Shown here: one piece after another, positions 8,201 to 17,487 of the stretch
Position numbering within the stretch: position 1 is the stretch's first letter
How the letters are laid out: every line of letters begins with the position of its first letter
IMG/VR virus record: IMGVR_UViG_3300034117_002447
Coordinates: 124,001 to 188,000 of that record
Reading direction: 5' to 3' (one strand)
DNA: 64,000 nt
Notes under the pieces: generated by a model
Database searches by the model: none
What the model saw: the letters and a program-made list of their open reading frames with translations, nothing else
Told to the model about the DNA's origin: nothing
Made by a program: the position numbers and the translations under genes

Positions 8201-8326
8201 GGAATAACGACTAGCCTGCTCTAGACCCGGCCAGCTGGATCCGAACTAGCTAAGATCTGCCGGAGTCCGGACCAGATCAGTAGCCGGACCGGTCCAGTAC
8301 CGGCTGAATAGTACCGGCCAGGACAG

Positions 8327-8460
8327 CCCCCAGGAGCCGGCCAGGGTCACCGGCCAGGTGACTCCAGGAGCAGTACCCAGGTGACTCCAGGAGTGGTACC
8401 GGGCAGCTGAATAAGTGCTCCAGGAGTGACCTTGCTGACATAAAAAAAGTACTCCAGGAG
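8327..8460. repeat. Cluster of CTCCAGGAG quasi-palindromic repeats
   Basis: CTCCAGGAG at 8362, 8385, 8418, 8452; CCCCAGGAG at 8328; CCAGGTGACTCCAGGAG twice. Confidence 0.85.
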
Positions 8461-8683
8461 GCGGTGTGCTGCACTTTACTTTCTTCTGATTTCTCCACGG
8501 CCTGGGAATAGCGCTCTGGCCAATGCAGCCGATTTCCGTCGAGGTCCTTGGTATCTGCGGATTCCCGGTCTAAACTACCCGAGGAAACCTCGTCTACCTA
8601 ATAGCTTTTTAGAAATTCTCCCCGAGCTAGACTCTCTGCCTGGAGCAAATTCTCCCCCGGGTAGGGGCTGTATAAATAACCAC

Positions 8684-9115
8684 ATGCAGAATTATATTAC
8701 CGATTTCAATGGATTTGCGCTAACTGAGTCGGCTCAGAATTACACCGATCAGATGGAACTCCATAGGCTGGGGATTCCCATTCCTGGGTTTCGTGTGCTG
8801 ATAGTCCGGGTAGACTGGGAAAAGATTGGTCGAAAGGATTTTTCCGGTAATCTAGAAACCTTTATGAAGTGTTGGTTCATGGAGGCCTATCCGGCTCCCA
8901 ATGCTGACGGTGAGGACTCTTGGTACGAGTATCCACCGGCTGAACTTATTCGCATGGTCAAGGCCGACGAGCCTGGAGATGTTGAGTTTGTTGACGGGTT
9001 TATCATGAATCTAGCTAAAGAACACGATGTAGATCTTATTTGGGAATTGGGAGACAAGACCTGGCGGGAAGTACCCAGCGGGCGATCTGTACCCCGACTG
9101 GATCTCTTAAGATAA
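8684..9115 (+). CDS. Acidic late protein with capsid-targeting-like N-terminus
   Basis: MQNYITDFNGFALTES; TATAAATA at 8671. Confidence 0.75.
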   Translation: MQNYITDFNGFALTESAQNYTDQMELHRLGIPIPGFRVLIVRVDWEKIGRKDFSGNLETFMKCWFMEAYPAPNADGEDSWYEYPPAELIRMVKADEPGDVEFVDGFIMNLAKEHDVDLIWELGDKTWREVPSGRSVPRLDLLR

Positions 9116-9117
9116 CC

Positions 9118-9210
9118 TTAACCTCTACGTTCTATCCTCTTCAATCCGGAGTAGACTATAATAGCTAGGAACCACAGGGTAACCCCCAGCCACACATATA
9201 CCGTTTTCAT
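9118..9210 (-). CDS. 30-aa single-TM peptide (not in ORF track)
   Basis: MKTVYVWLGVTLWFLAIIVYSGLKRIERRG*; follows hairpin 9231-9260. Confidence 0.5.
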   Translation of the reverse strand: MKTVYVWLGVTLWFLAIIVYSGLKRIERRG

Positions 9211-9283
9211 GAAGTTATCTATATACCCCAAAAAGGGATCCCTTCTGAGGATCCCCTTTCTTTGTTTTGGGCTAAGTGTTGTG

Positions 9284-9664
9284 TTATGCAGTTACCTTAC
9301 GGCCACGTACAGTATTGTATAGGGCATTCATAACTCGCATGTCTGACTTACGGCCAGTTACGACAGCGCTTACCAATTTAGAGTCTACCCCTAATTTCGT
9401 AGCTACCATTGAGTTATCTCCACGACGTTTGCGAGCAGAGATTACCTCTAACTTTTGAGCTGGAGTTAACTTTGCGTAACTCATACCTTTACGGCCAGCA
9501 TTACGACCCGTTGAAACGGTAGCTGTTACGGTTACCGCTGAAACAGTAGACCCAGTAGATTTTTTAGACTTCGCAGTTTTTGCGGTCTTTGTTGTTGAAG
9601 GAGTTGCGGCCTTTACCGCTGGTGCAGATACCTTGGTAGCTGCGGTTGCTTTTGATTTTCTCAT
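9284..9664 (-). CDS. Histone-H1-like basic protein with C-terminal HTH-like domain
   Basis: K/A/T/S-rich N-half (KSKATAATKVSAPAVKAATPSTTKTAKTAKSKK), then SMVATKLGVDSKLVSAVVTG. Confidence 0.7.
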   Translation of the reverse strand: MRKSKATAATKVSAPAVKAATPSTTKTAKTAKSKKSTGSTVSAVTVTATVSTGRNAGRKGMSYAKLTPAQKLEVISARKRRGDNSMVATKLGVDSKLVSAVVTGRKSDMRVMNALYNTVRGRKVTA

Positions 9665-9929
9665 GTTAAACAAATTATTTTTGATTTAAGGTTAAGGTAC
9701 CAAAGAATCCCGGCAATTGGTCGCCCGGCCTGAAAAAGATTGGGCGTGCCTGCACCGCCGCAAAAACCCCCTAGGCGGGGCCGCGACGTGGAGACCTCTG
9801 TGAAGCTGCGGAAGACCCGTGACTATTATGTACCGGTGAGACGGTCGCCTAATCAGTCGGAAAGCTGTTCAGGTAATAAAAAAATGGGAACCTGCTCAAG
9901 ATAAATAACTTAAAATATTTTAGTATACT

Positions 9930-11183
9930 ATGAACTTAATTAAAGGCTATAGCCAATGGTTAAACGAAAACCTAAACGCTATAAACGAAAACTGGTCAAT
10001 CGATTCAGTTACTCTCAGTACTGATGACTTTAGCATTGACGAGGCAAAATACGATCAGTACATCGCAAGTCAAGCTGGAGCACAATTTAGACTATTCACG
10101 CAAGAGGTTGCAAAGTCTAACATCCAAAACATTAAAAAGAAAGAGGCTCATCAAGAAATTTTGGGAAGCCTTGCTAAACACGGCCAAACGGCTAAAAAAG
10201 GTTTCTTGGGAATCTTTGGCGGTAAGAGCCTAGACGAAGTAGTTACCGCTACTCTTGATAGTTTGATTGCAGGTCAATCAAAAATTGCCTACAGCAAAAC
10301 AACGGTGGACTACAATCCTGGAGCTGACGGTACAGGTAGAATCATGACTCAGGGTCGAATTGGGATTAATTCACTGGAAATTGATACTGATCCACGTTGG
10401 AGTAAAGCAACCTCTAGTACAGGTATGTTGTTGGGATTTGTTAACGCATATAACCAAAATGCATTTGAAATGGGTCAAGGTCAATTCATCTTGAGCCAAA
10501 GAATGGGAGAAGACGGTTACCTAGATATTACAACTACTCCAGTAGTAGACGCTGACAATCTATATTTGTACACTCAACAATTACTTGGCGACCTTGCTGC
10601 AGGTAAGGATCTTAAAGTAGACGTTGCTCAAACTGGAGGTTCCGATGCAGTTACTGGCAAATTCGCTGCAGAATTCGCAGCTGGTTCTGACCAAGTTACT
10701 CCAGCTATTCAAGCTGAGGTTGCAAAAGCAGTAGAGTTATGTTTAGCTAAATTCCCAGCAGGATCACGCCCTGATAAATTTACTTTAACTTCTGGTGCAA
10801 GTACTGAATGGAACGGTAAACAAATGCCTAAGGCTGACGGAACTGGTGCAGTAACTCCAAAGGATGATGCAACTAAAAATCAAGATCTTGCTTACCGTCG
10901 TGGTGTTGCTTTCATGAATGCTCTTAACTCTGGACTTAAAGCAAAAGGACATCCAGGTTTTGATGCATACGAAGTTGCATGGTCAATCGGTGCAAGTGGT
11001 CAACCTGCAAATGCAGCTGACCGTTTCGTTGACCTAAACATTGAAAAAAATGCAGTTAAGCCTAAAGCTGTAGAAACTACTAAGACTACTGCTGTTTCAA
11101 CTGGAAATGCAACTACTAACGTTAGAGGAAAAGCTCAATTCTTTGAATTGAAACTTACTTTAACTGCAGCAGCCGCTAAATAA
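9930..11183 (+). CDS. Late protein, capsid-targeting-like N-terminus, C-terminal OmpA-like domain
   Basis: MNLIKGYSQWLNEN; FAAGSDQVT...SGASTE...NQDLAYRRGVAF resembles the OmpA_C N..LS..RA motif. Confidence 0.7.
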   Translation: MNLIKGYSQWLNENLNAINENWSIDSVTLSTDDFSIDEAKYDQYIASQAGAQFRLFTQEVAKSNIQNIKKKEAHQEILGSLAKHGQTAKKGFLGIFGGKSLDEVVTATLDSLIAGQSKIAYSKTTVDYNPGADGTGRIMTQGRIGINSLEIDTDPRWSKATSSTGMLLGFVNAYNQNAFEMGQGQFILSQRMGEDGYLDITTTPVVDADNLYLYTQQLLGDLAAGKDLKVDVAQTGGSDAVTGKFAAEFAAGSDQVTPAIQAEVAKAVELCLAKFPAGSRPDKFTLTSGASTEWNGKQMPKADGTGAVTPKDDATKNQDLAYRRGVAFMNALNSGLKAKGHPGFDAYEVAWSIGASGQPANAADRFVDLNIEKNAVKPKAVETTKTTAVSTGNATTNVRGKAQFFELKLTLTAAAAK

Positions 11184-11203
11184 TAAGTTTAAACTTAATA
11201 CAC

Positions 11204-11236
11204 AAAGGGACCGATAGAAATATCAGTCCCTTTTTT
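11204..11236. terminator. Bidirectional intrinsic terminator
   Basis: aaagggaccgata-gaaa-tatcagtcccttttt between convergent genes. Confidence 0.85.
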
Positions 11237-11254
11237 ATTTGATTAGTGTTTTAC

Positions 11255-11758
11255 TTAATACTTTTTATCTAGTGCATGGTAAGATGCAGTTACTCTAAAT
11301 GAGTCTTTGCCAAATTCCATAACTGTGGTAATCGTTGACTCAGCTGCAAATTTACTTGCAATTCTAAAATTATGATTAGGCGAATCGATCCAAGCCTGTA
11401 CCACAATTTTTGCGATTTCCTGCAATACCTCATCAGTTAAAGCATTCACACTGTATTTTTTAGAAACAGTTGTCCCACTAGTCTTATACATGTAGATACA
11501 CTCAGTATTATATCCAACAAAAGTACTGTCTCCACGGGTATGATCAATTTCAGGTCTACCTGCATTAAGATTAGTTAACTGATAACTTCTTTTACGTAAA
11601 GCACCATTATTGAATTTGGTTACTGGTGAACCACCCAAGCCCAAACGGTACACGTTAATTTCTTGCCAGATCAAAGAGTCTAATCTACTAGATCTAACTT
11701 GTTGCGCTTGGGCAGAGATTGAGATTAGGATTGCGAATAGGATTGCTAATTTTTTCAT
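11255..11758 (-). CDS. Secreted CAP/SCP-domain protein
   Basis: Signal peptide MKKLAILFAILISISAQA; IWQEINVYR, AWIDSPNH. Confidence 0.75.
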   Translation of the reverse strand: MKKLAILFAILISISAQAQQVRSSRLDSLIWQEINVYRLGLGGSPVTKFNNGALRKRSYQLTNLNAGRPEIDHTRGDSTFVGYNTECIYMYKTSGTTVSKKYSVNALTDEVLQEIAKIVVQAWIDSPNHNFRIASKFAAESTITTVMEFGKDSFRVTASYHALDKKY

Positions 11759-11843
11759 GGCTTGTTTATTACTTGGTTATATAGTTATTATACCTAAAAA
11801 CTCGAATAAATAACCTAGTACAAAATAAAAATAGACATAGTTA

Positions 11844-13463
11844 ATGAAACATTCAATTATTAAAGGCTACTCTAGCTGGTTAAACGAAAACTTGTTAATC
11901 GCAGAAGCTGAAGGAACTGATATTGGTGCTCTTTACAAAGCTGGCGATCGTGCAGGTTTAGTAAATGCAGCAATGGCAGCAGACTCTGCTGAAATAAAAG
12001 CTCACCCAGCTTACGAATCTGTAATGCAATGGTGGAAAAACGGAGAGGGCGACCTCAACTTATTCAAATCGCTTCTTAAAAAGAGTTCATCTGCTAAAAC
12101 TGACAGATTACGTTCCCTAAAATCGATATATTACTGGACAGGCGGCGGTACGGTTAAGGGTGCAGCTCCTAGAGCAGATATGTTTTATAAAGTAGCAGAT
12201 TCAATTATTGCAAACGGTGCAAAGGCTGGGGTAACTCCAGAAAAGCTAGCTCAACTTAAACAAGCGGTTGACTTATTAAAGACTGCAAAGACTGAAGGTT
12301 TCGAATTAAGAACATCAGCTCTATTCGGTTCAATTATACCAGGTGCTCTAACTGATGGAGTATTCGATACTGGCGGTAAAAAAATTGATGTGATTGCTGA
12401 ACTAGCCAAGCCTCAGGTCATGGATACTCTTAAGAAAGCACTAACTGCTTACCGATTAAATACTAATGCAAGCAAGGAATTAATGGTAGATCCTTTAACT
12501 TCTGCTAAATTCCTGATTGCACAGAGAACCAATAAAGCAACAGTCAGTCAATACTGGATAGCCTCAATGTCGTTAAGCGATACTGAAAAGAAGTCTATGC
12601 TAGATAACTTTAAAGCAAAAGCTGAAGCGTATGCTGCTCGTAAAAAGGATCCTAATGTAACTTTCGATAAAGCAATTTTAGTTGCTACGAATTTATACAT
12701 TGCACCAAAGAACGAAAAAATTACAGTTGTCGCTGGAACACCAGCTGCACCAGCTGCCCCAGTTGTTCAGGCTTTTTCATATCCTGAAAGTGCAAACGGT
12801 AACGCTAAGAGCCCAGCTTTCCAAAAGGGTTTACAGTTATTTCCAGATGATGGAGTGACTATTCAACCTACTGCTCAAGCTGAATTAGCCGCAACTGTTA
12901 AATCTGCAGTAGATGCAGTTAAAGCAGCCGGCGGTACAATTACAGCTGTTTCAACTTGGGGTTATGCAAGTACTTCACAAGTAGGAACGACTTACAAGTC
13001 AGCTGATAAAACCTCAAAGAAGGAAAATAACGTTGCGTTAGCAAACGATAGACTTGCGTCTATTAATAGCGCGCTAGCTGCCGCTCTTACTGAAAACGGA
13101 ATAACTATTGCACCAACCGTTGATGCTAAAAATTTAGCTGAACCGAATAGAGGTCCTGACTGGACTGATAAAGATAAAACTGATGCTAAGTGGGGTAAAC
13201 CTGGAGCAAGAACTCCAGAGTACCAAGCAACTTACGGACCATGGAGATATGCAGTTGCGTTCTTCCAGTTAACGTATACAATCACATCAACCGAACCTAC
13301 TCCAGTTAAGTCAACTGCAACTCCTAGTGGAGAATGGAACTCAGTAATTACATGGTCTGATGAATCATTCCAAATTGAGTTACCTAGAATTCAATTCGGA
13401 ACCGCTTTACCTAAAGTACCAATGTATAAAGGTGGAAGCTCTACTGCATGCCCGATATTTTAA
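11844..13463 (+). CDS. Late protein, capsid-targeting-like N-terminus, C-terminal OmpA-like domain
   Basis: MKHSIIKGYSSWLNEN; FPDDGVTI...GYASTSQV...NNVALANDRLASI. Confidence 0.7.
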   Translation: MKHSIIKGYSSWLNENLLIAEAEGTDIGALYKAGDRAGLVNAAMAADSAEIKAHPAYESVMQWWKNGEGDLNLFKSLLKKSSSAKTDRLRSLKSIYYWTGGGTVKGAAPRADMFYKVADSIIANGAKAGVTPEKLAQLKQAVDLLKTAKTEGFELRTSALFGSIIPGALTDGVFDTGGKKIDVIAELAKPQVMDTLKKALTAYRLNTNASKELMVDPLTSAKFLIAQRTNKATVSQYWIASMSLSDTEKKSMLDNFKAKAEAYAARKKDPNVTFDKAILVATNLYIAPKNEKITVVAGTPAAPAAPVVQAFSYPESANGNAKSPAFQKGLQLFPDDGVTIQPTAQAELAATVKSAVDAVKAAGGTITAVSTWGYASTSQVGTTYKSADKTSKKENNVALANDRLASINSALAAALTENGITIAPTVDAKNLAEPNRGPDWTDKDKTDAKWGKPGARTPEYQATYGPWRYAVAFFQLTYTITSTEPTPVKSTATPSGEWNSVITWSDESFQIELPRIQFGTALPKVPMYKGGSSTACPIF

Positions 13464-13479
13464 TACTAATTTACACCAG

Positions 13480-13508
13480 AAAAAAGCCGAACCTAGTTCG
13501 GCTTTTTT
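13480..13508. terminator. Bidirectional intrinsic terminator
   Basis: aaaaaagccgaac-cta-gttcggctttttt. Confidence 0.88.
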
Positions 13509-13509
13509 G

Positions 13510-14055
13510 TTATAGCTTAACCGCAAACAGACAGTTTGCGTATGCTGAGAATCGGTTCTTTTGAGTATCATAGCCGCCGTTTATATCGAATGCTGCTACT
13601 GTTACTTTTGGGTCGAGCAGCGCTGCATTATGACTAGCTGATTTAACCCATTCGTTGAATATTATAATAACGGTTGATTTATCAACGTTAACCGATTTTA
13701 GTGAGTTATAATTACTGCTGATTTTATAATGAGCACCGACATTTTCTCTGAAACTATATCGTGAAAAGTGTTTCTTCCAGTCCTGATCAAATTTTTCAAT
13801 TCGGGTAAGAGGGCCGGTGTAGTAAATTCCATCTGGAGTTAATGGATATTCGTAGTGCTCCAATGTGTCAGCACGTATCATCCAATTGACATGAAGAGTT
13901 ACAGCAGAGTCGAGAGTAGCTGAGTATTCTACTGGACTAAGCCCGTGACTTGCTCTGTGAGCATTCACCAATTCTAAAAAGATTTTATTTTCAGAATCTT
14001 GAGCAGTTGCGCTAATCGCAAAACTAAAAAGTATGATATGTATTAGCTTTTTCAT
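13510..14055 (-). CDS. Secreted CAP/SCP-domain protein
   Basis: Signal peptide; LELVNAHRASHGL, LEH, ENVG, EWVKSASHNAALLDP. Confidence 0.85.
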   Translation of the reverse strand: MKKLIHIILFSFAISATAQDSENKIFLELVNAHRASHGLSPVEYSATLDSAVTLHVNWMIRADTLEHYEYPLTPDGIYYTGPLTRIEKFDQDWKKHFSRYSFRENVGAHYKISSNYNSLKSVNVDKSTVIIIFNEWVKSASHNAALLDPKVTVAAFDINGGYDTQKNRFSAYANCLFAVKL

Positions 14056-14118
14056 ATAGTTATTATACTTAAAATCCGGATAAATAACCTAGTAAAAAAT
14101 AAAAATAAAAATACACGT

Positions 14119-15081
14119 ATGAGTAAAGTTAGAATATTATCAATAGACGGTGGTGGATTAAGAGGAATCGTTCCATTACTTATCCTTAAAGAAATTGAAA
14201 ATCAGCAAGGTAAAAAAATACACGAATTATTTGATGTCATAGTAGGTACCTCAACTGGCGGTATTATTGCATGCGGATTAACTTGTACGAAAGACGGAGT
14301 TAATCCTTATTTAACAATCGACCAGCTAATAGAACTTTACACAACTAAAGGTAATGTTATTTTCCCTTATAGTAAAAATATATTAGCTAAAGTAATTAGA
14401 GGAGTTAATTCAGTATTTAATCCTAAATTCTCTCCAAAAGGTTTAGACGGTTTATTGGAAAATTATTTTGGTGATATGATGATATCGCAATCACTAAAGC
14501 CTATCATCGTTAGTTCGTATGACCTAAAGAACAATGAAGTTATTATGTTTAAAACTAGAACTGCTAAATGGTCTAAAGAACGATTTGATGTTAGATTAAA
14601 AGATGTTTGTCGGGCTACGTCAGCCGCGCCGACCTACTTACCGTCATACGAAATGGTGTTTGATGGCAAAGACCGGATCTTAGTGGATGGTGGTGTTTAC
14701 ATTAACAATCCAGCAATGGCAGCAGTTGCTGAAGTTCTTAAAACAAGACCGGGTATTAAGATAGAAGATATTGAATGCTTATCGTTAGGCACCGGAAATC
14801 ATTCAGAATCGTTAGGTATTAAAACTGAAAGTTGGGGTATAGCTAATTGGGCACAACCTATAACAACAGTTATGATGCAAGCCTCTTCTAAATCAGTTGT
14901 TTACGAATGTCAACAAATATTAGAAAAGTATTTAAGAGTTCAATTAGAGATTGATGATGAAAAGAAAAGCGACATGTCAGATTCAAGACCGGCTACTACT
15001 CAATACATTGTTGATAAAGTAAATAAAGATATTATTAGTAATAAAAAAACAATGACTAATATTAAAAATTTCCTTAAATAA
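14119..15081 (+). CDS. Patatin-like phospholipase
   Basis: ILSIDGGGLRG, GTSTGG (GxSxG), SAAPTY, DGG. Confidence 0.95.
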   Translation: MSKVRILSIDGGGLRGIVPLLILKEIENQQGKKIHELFDVIVGTSTGGIIACGLTCTKDGVNPYLTIDQLIELYTTKGNVIFPYSKNILAKVIRGVNSVFNPKFSPKGLDGLLENYFGDMMISQSLKPIIVSSYDLKNNEVIMFKTRTAKWSKERFDVRLKDVCRATSAAPTYLPSYEMVFDGKDRILVDGGVYINNPAMAAVAEVLKTRPGIKIEDIECLSLGTGNHSESLGIKTESWGIANWAQPITTVMMQASSKSVVYECQQILEKYLRVQLEIDDEKKSDMSDSRPATTQYIVDKVNKDIISNKKTMTNIKNFLK

Positions 15082-15086
15082 AGAAT

Positions 15087-15740
15087 ATGAAAACCGTTAA
15101 ATTATTCATAGTATCACTAATTTTATTAATTACGGCTACTGGCTTTGTTCCAGAGCCAACTACTGTTAAATTAGAACACAAAGGCTATACTGCTTATTAT
15201 AGTAAGCAGTTACACTATTCTCTTAAGGTTGAATGGTGGGACACAAAAGCCCGTCTTGAATGTCCAGGCTCAAAGGTTGCACGCAAGGACAGATTCGCGC
15301 CAGATCCATTACTTCCAGCTGAAACTGATCTTATGGAAGATTATGTAGGTTCAGGAACCGATAGAGGTCACATGTGCCCGGCTGCAGATAACCAGTGCAG
15401 CCCAGTTCTACAAGAAGAGTGCTTCTACTTTTCAAACATGGCTCCTCAATACCATTCCTTAAATGCTGGAGACTGGAAAAGATTAGAGGTCCGAACCAGA
15501 GAACTTGCTAGCCAATACGATTCAGTTATGGTATGGTGCGGTTCAGTCGGAGCAGCCAAGAAAATTGGAACGACGTCAGTGCCGACTAAATGTTGGAAAG
15601 TTATTTTTATTAAGAGGACAAAAACGTTTGAGGCTTATATTTTTAATAATACACCCGACAAACCGGTGGGTCTTGATAAATGGAAGGTTAAACCAGCTGA
15701 TGTAGAGAAATTGACAGGATATAGGTTCAAGGTTAAGTAA
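15087..15740 (+). CDS. DNA/RNA non-specific endonuclease (NucA/EndA-like) with signal peptide
   Basis: DRGHMCP, SNMAPQ...NAGDWKRLE, VPTKCWKV. Confidence 0.93.
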   Translation: MKTVKLFIVSLILLITATGFVPEPTTVKLEHKGYTAYYSKQLHYSLKVEWWDTKARLECPGSKVARKDRFAPDPLLPAETDLMEDYVGSGTDRGHMCPAADNQCSPVLQEECFYFSNMAPQYHSLNAGDWKRLEVRTRELASQYDSVMVWCGSVGAAKKIGTTSVPTKCWKVIFIKRTKTFEAYIFNNTPDKPVGLDKWKVKPADVEKLTGYRFKVK

Positions 15741-15785
15741 TAATGAAACTGTGTTTGGATAAATAATAAAAAAACCAGATTACAA

Positions 15786-16382
15786 ATGGCAGACATCGCA
15801 CAACAATTTGCTGGATTACCAATTGAAGACCTTATTGTGTCTCCGATTGTAGGTATGGCAAAAGGGCAAGCAAAATTAAACGATGTAACGTGGAAATATA
15901 TTTCTGAAGTTGCATTCGTAACAGACAAAGACGGCAAAACTCAAGCTCGTTCTTTGGATGTAGAAATGAACCGAGTTGTTACTGACGGTACAACCGGCGA
16001 ACAAACAGTTCAAACTTTATACTCAAAGGTTCCTATGTTACCTTTAGTTCCACTTCCTTCATTAGCTATCACATCAGCTGATATTGAATTCTCAATGGAA
16101 GTAAAAACTTCTGAAGTAGACAAATCAAGCACTGATACTGAATCTTCAATTCAAGCTTCTGCTTCTGGCGGATTCTGGGGAATGAAGTACTCGGTGAGCA
16201 TGGCTGGTAAAGTTGCGACTCACAAAGAGAACACACGTAGCACAGATAACTCTGCAAAGTACAATGTAAAAGTACACGCTGAGCAATTACCTGCAACTGA
16301 AGGTATGTTAAAGCTTTCTGACTATTTGACTCAAATGTTAGAGCCAACTTTAATTCCTCTTACGGCTGATCCAAACAAGTAA
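15786..16382 (+). CDS. DUF2589-family protein
   Basis: FAGLPIEDLIVSP...Q.KL; VPMLPLVPLPSLAI..ADIEFSMEV; AKYNVKVHAEQLPATEGM. Confidence 0.8.
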   Translation: MADIAQQFAGLPIEDLIVSPIVGMAKGQAKLNDVTWKYISEVAFVTDKDGKTQARSLDVEMNRVVTDGTTGEQTVQTLYSKVPMLPLVPLPSLAITSADIEFSMEVKTSEVDKSSTDTESSIQASASGGFWGMKYSVSMAGKVATHKENTRSTDNSAKYNVKVHAEQLPATEGMLKLSDYLTQMLEPTLIPLTADPNK

Positions 16383-16407
16383 TCAGTAATCGGACAATAA
16401 ACCCCTA

Positions 16408-16436
16408 AGGAGACCAGTTTATCTGGTCTCTTTTTT
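16408..16436 (+). terminator. Intrinsic terminator between the DUF2589 genes
   Basis: gagaccag-tttat-ctggtctc-tttttt. Confidence 0.8.
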
Positions 16437-16489
16437 GTTTAAACCGATTCAGCTTGAGTAGTATAATTATTAATACAAATCGCACAACT

Positions 16490-17203
16490 ATGGCTAAAAT
16501 TAATCTAGAAGAATTACTCGGCGGTCTACAAGAAGCAGCGTTAATCGTTCTCGGTATTCAGGAAAGACAACACATTAATACTATTTCAAAGTACTTTACA
16601 CCGGAAGGCGAACCTCTGACTAAAACATTTTTGCTCGGAGACAAGACCTTGGAAATTCCTCTCTATATCTTAGCTGACCATTCGTCAATGGGACTAGAAG
16701 AACTGGAAATAGACTTTGATATCAGATTACTTGCATCAGACGATAAGACACCATCCAGTCTTAAAGAGAATATTTTACCGATTTTTAAGAAGATTGAGGA
16801 TCAAACTATTCGTGGAGTTCAAGAGGCTCTAGTTAAATTAGGAGAGCCATATAAGACTCTACTTGGGAAAACCGGCGCCAAGAAGAATGGAGTTGACGGA
16901 GTTATTGGCCCAAAATGTAGAGAAGCCCTAATGCGTTACCAATTAAAAAACAGGATTCCGCAGACTGGTGAAGCAGACGACGAGACTTGCAAACTGCTTG
17001 GAGTCTCAACTGCGTCTGACTACACGCATACTGTAACCAATATTTCAGTTGACAGTAATGCACCAAACTCTGATAGCAAAGCTGGCATGGCAACCGTGAA
17101 AGTTAAATTCAAAAAGGACGAAAAACCTGAAGCCGTTTCCAGACTGGTTGAGATGTTAATTCAAAAATTAGATGATGTAGGTCATACTGACAAAACCTCT
17201 TAA
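16490..17203 (+). CDS. DUF2589-like partner protein with inserted peptidoglycan-binding domain
   Basis: LEELLGGLQEA..., IPLYILADHSSMGLEELEIDF; insert VQEAL...GVDGVIGPKCREALMRYQ...TGEAD; ends ATVKVKFK...PEAVSRL. Confidence 0.7.
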   Translation: MAKINLEELLGGLQEAALIVLGIQERQHINTISKYFTPEGEPLTKTFLLGDKTLEIPLYILADHSSMGLEELEIDFDIRLLASDDKTPSSLKENILPIFKKIEDQTIRGVQEALVKLGEPYKTLLGKTGAKKNGVDGVIGPKCREALMRYQLKNRIPQTGEADDETCKLLGVSTASDYTHTVTNISVDSNAPNSDSKAGMATVKVKFKKDEKPEAVSRLVEMLIQKLDDVGHTDKTS

Positions 17204-17204
17204 T

Positions 17205-17408
17205 ATGGCATTACCTTGTCCAGCATGTAGAACTCCATTAGGTATCGACCTACAATTCATAATGCAACATCCTGTATCGGTTTGCCCGAACTGTCAAGTT
17301 ATATTAGACTTCACAGTAAACGATGAGATCAAGGGCAAGTTTAACGCAGCAATGGCCGAGATCGAAGATATTAAGAAGCGGTACAAGAGCATTGCAAAAT
17401 TCGGCTAA
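17205..17408 (+). CDS. Small Zn-finger (CPxC...CPxC) coiled-coil protein
   Basis: CPACR...CPNCQ then amphipathic helix; starts 1 nt after upstream stop. Confidence 0.8.
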   Translation: MALPCPACRTPLGIDLQFIMQHPVSVCPNCQVILDFTVNDEIKGKFNAAMAEIEDIKKRYKSIAKFG

Positions 17409-17487
17409 TATTTGGTTACTGTAACCAGTACAGTCACTCACTAGATCACACTGGCCACACCCAAACCTTTCCCATAATATTCTAATC

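Noticed and set aside
14119-15081. Complete CBASS system
   Set aside because: No CD-NTase, Cap2/3 or SAVED gene adjacent in the window
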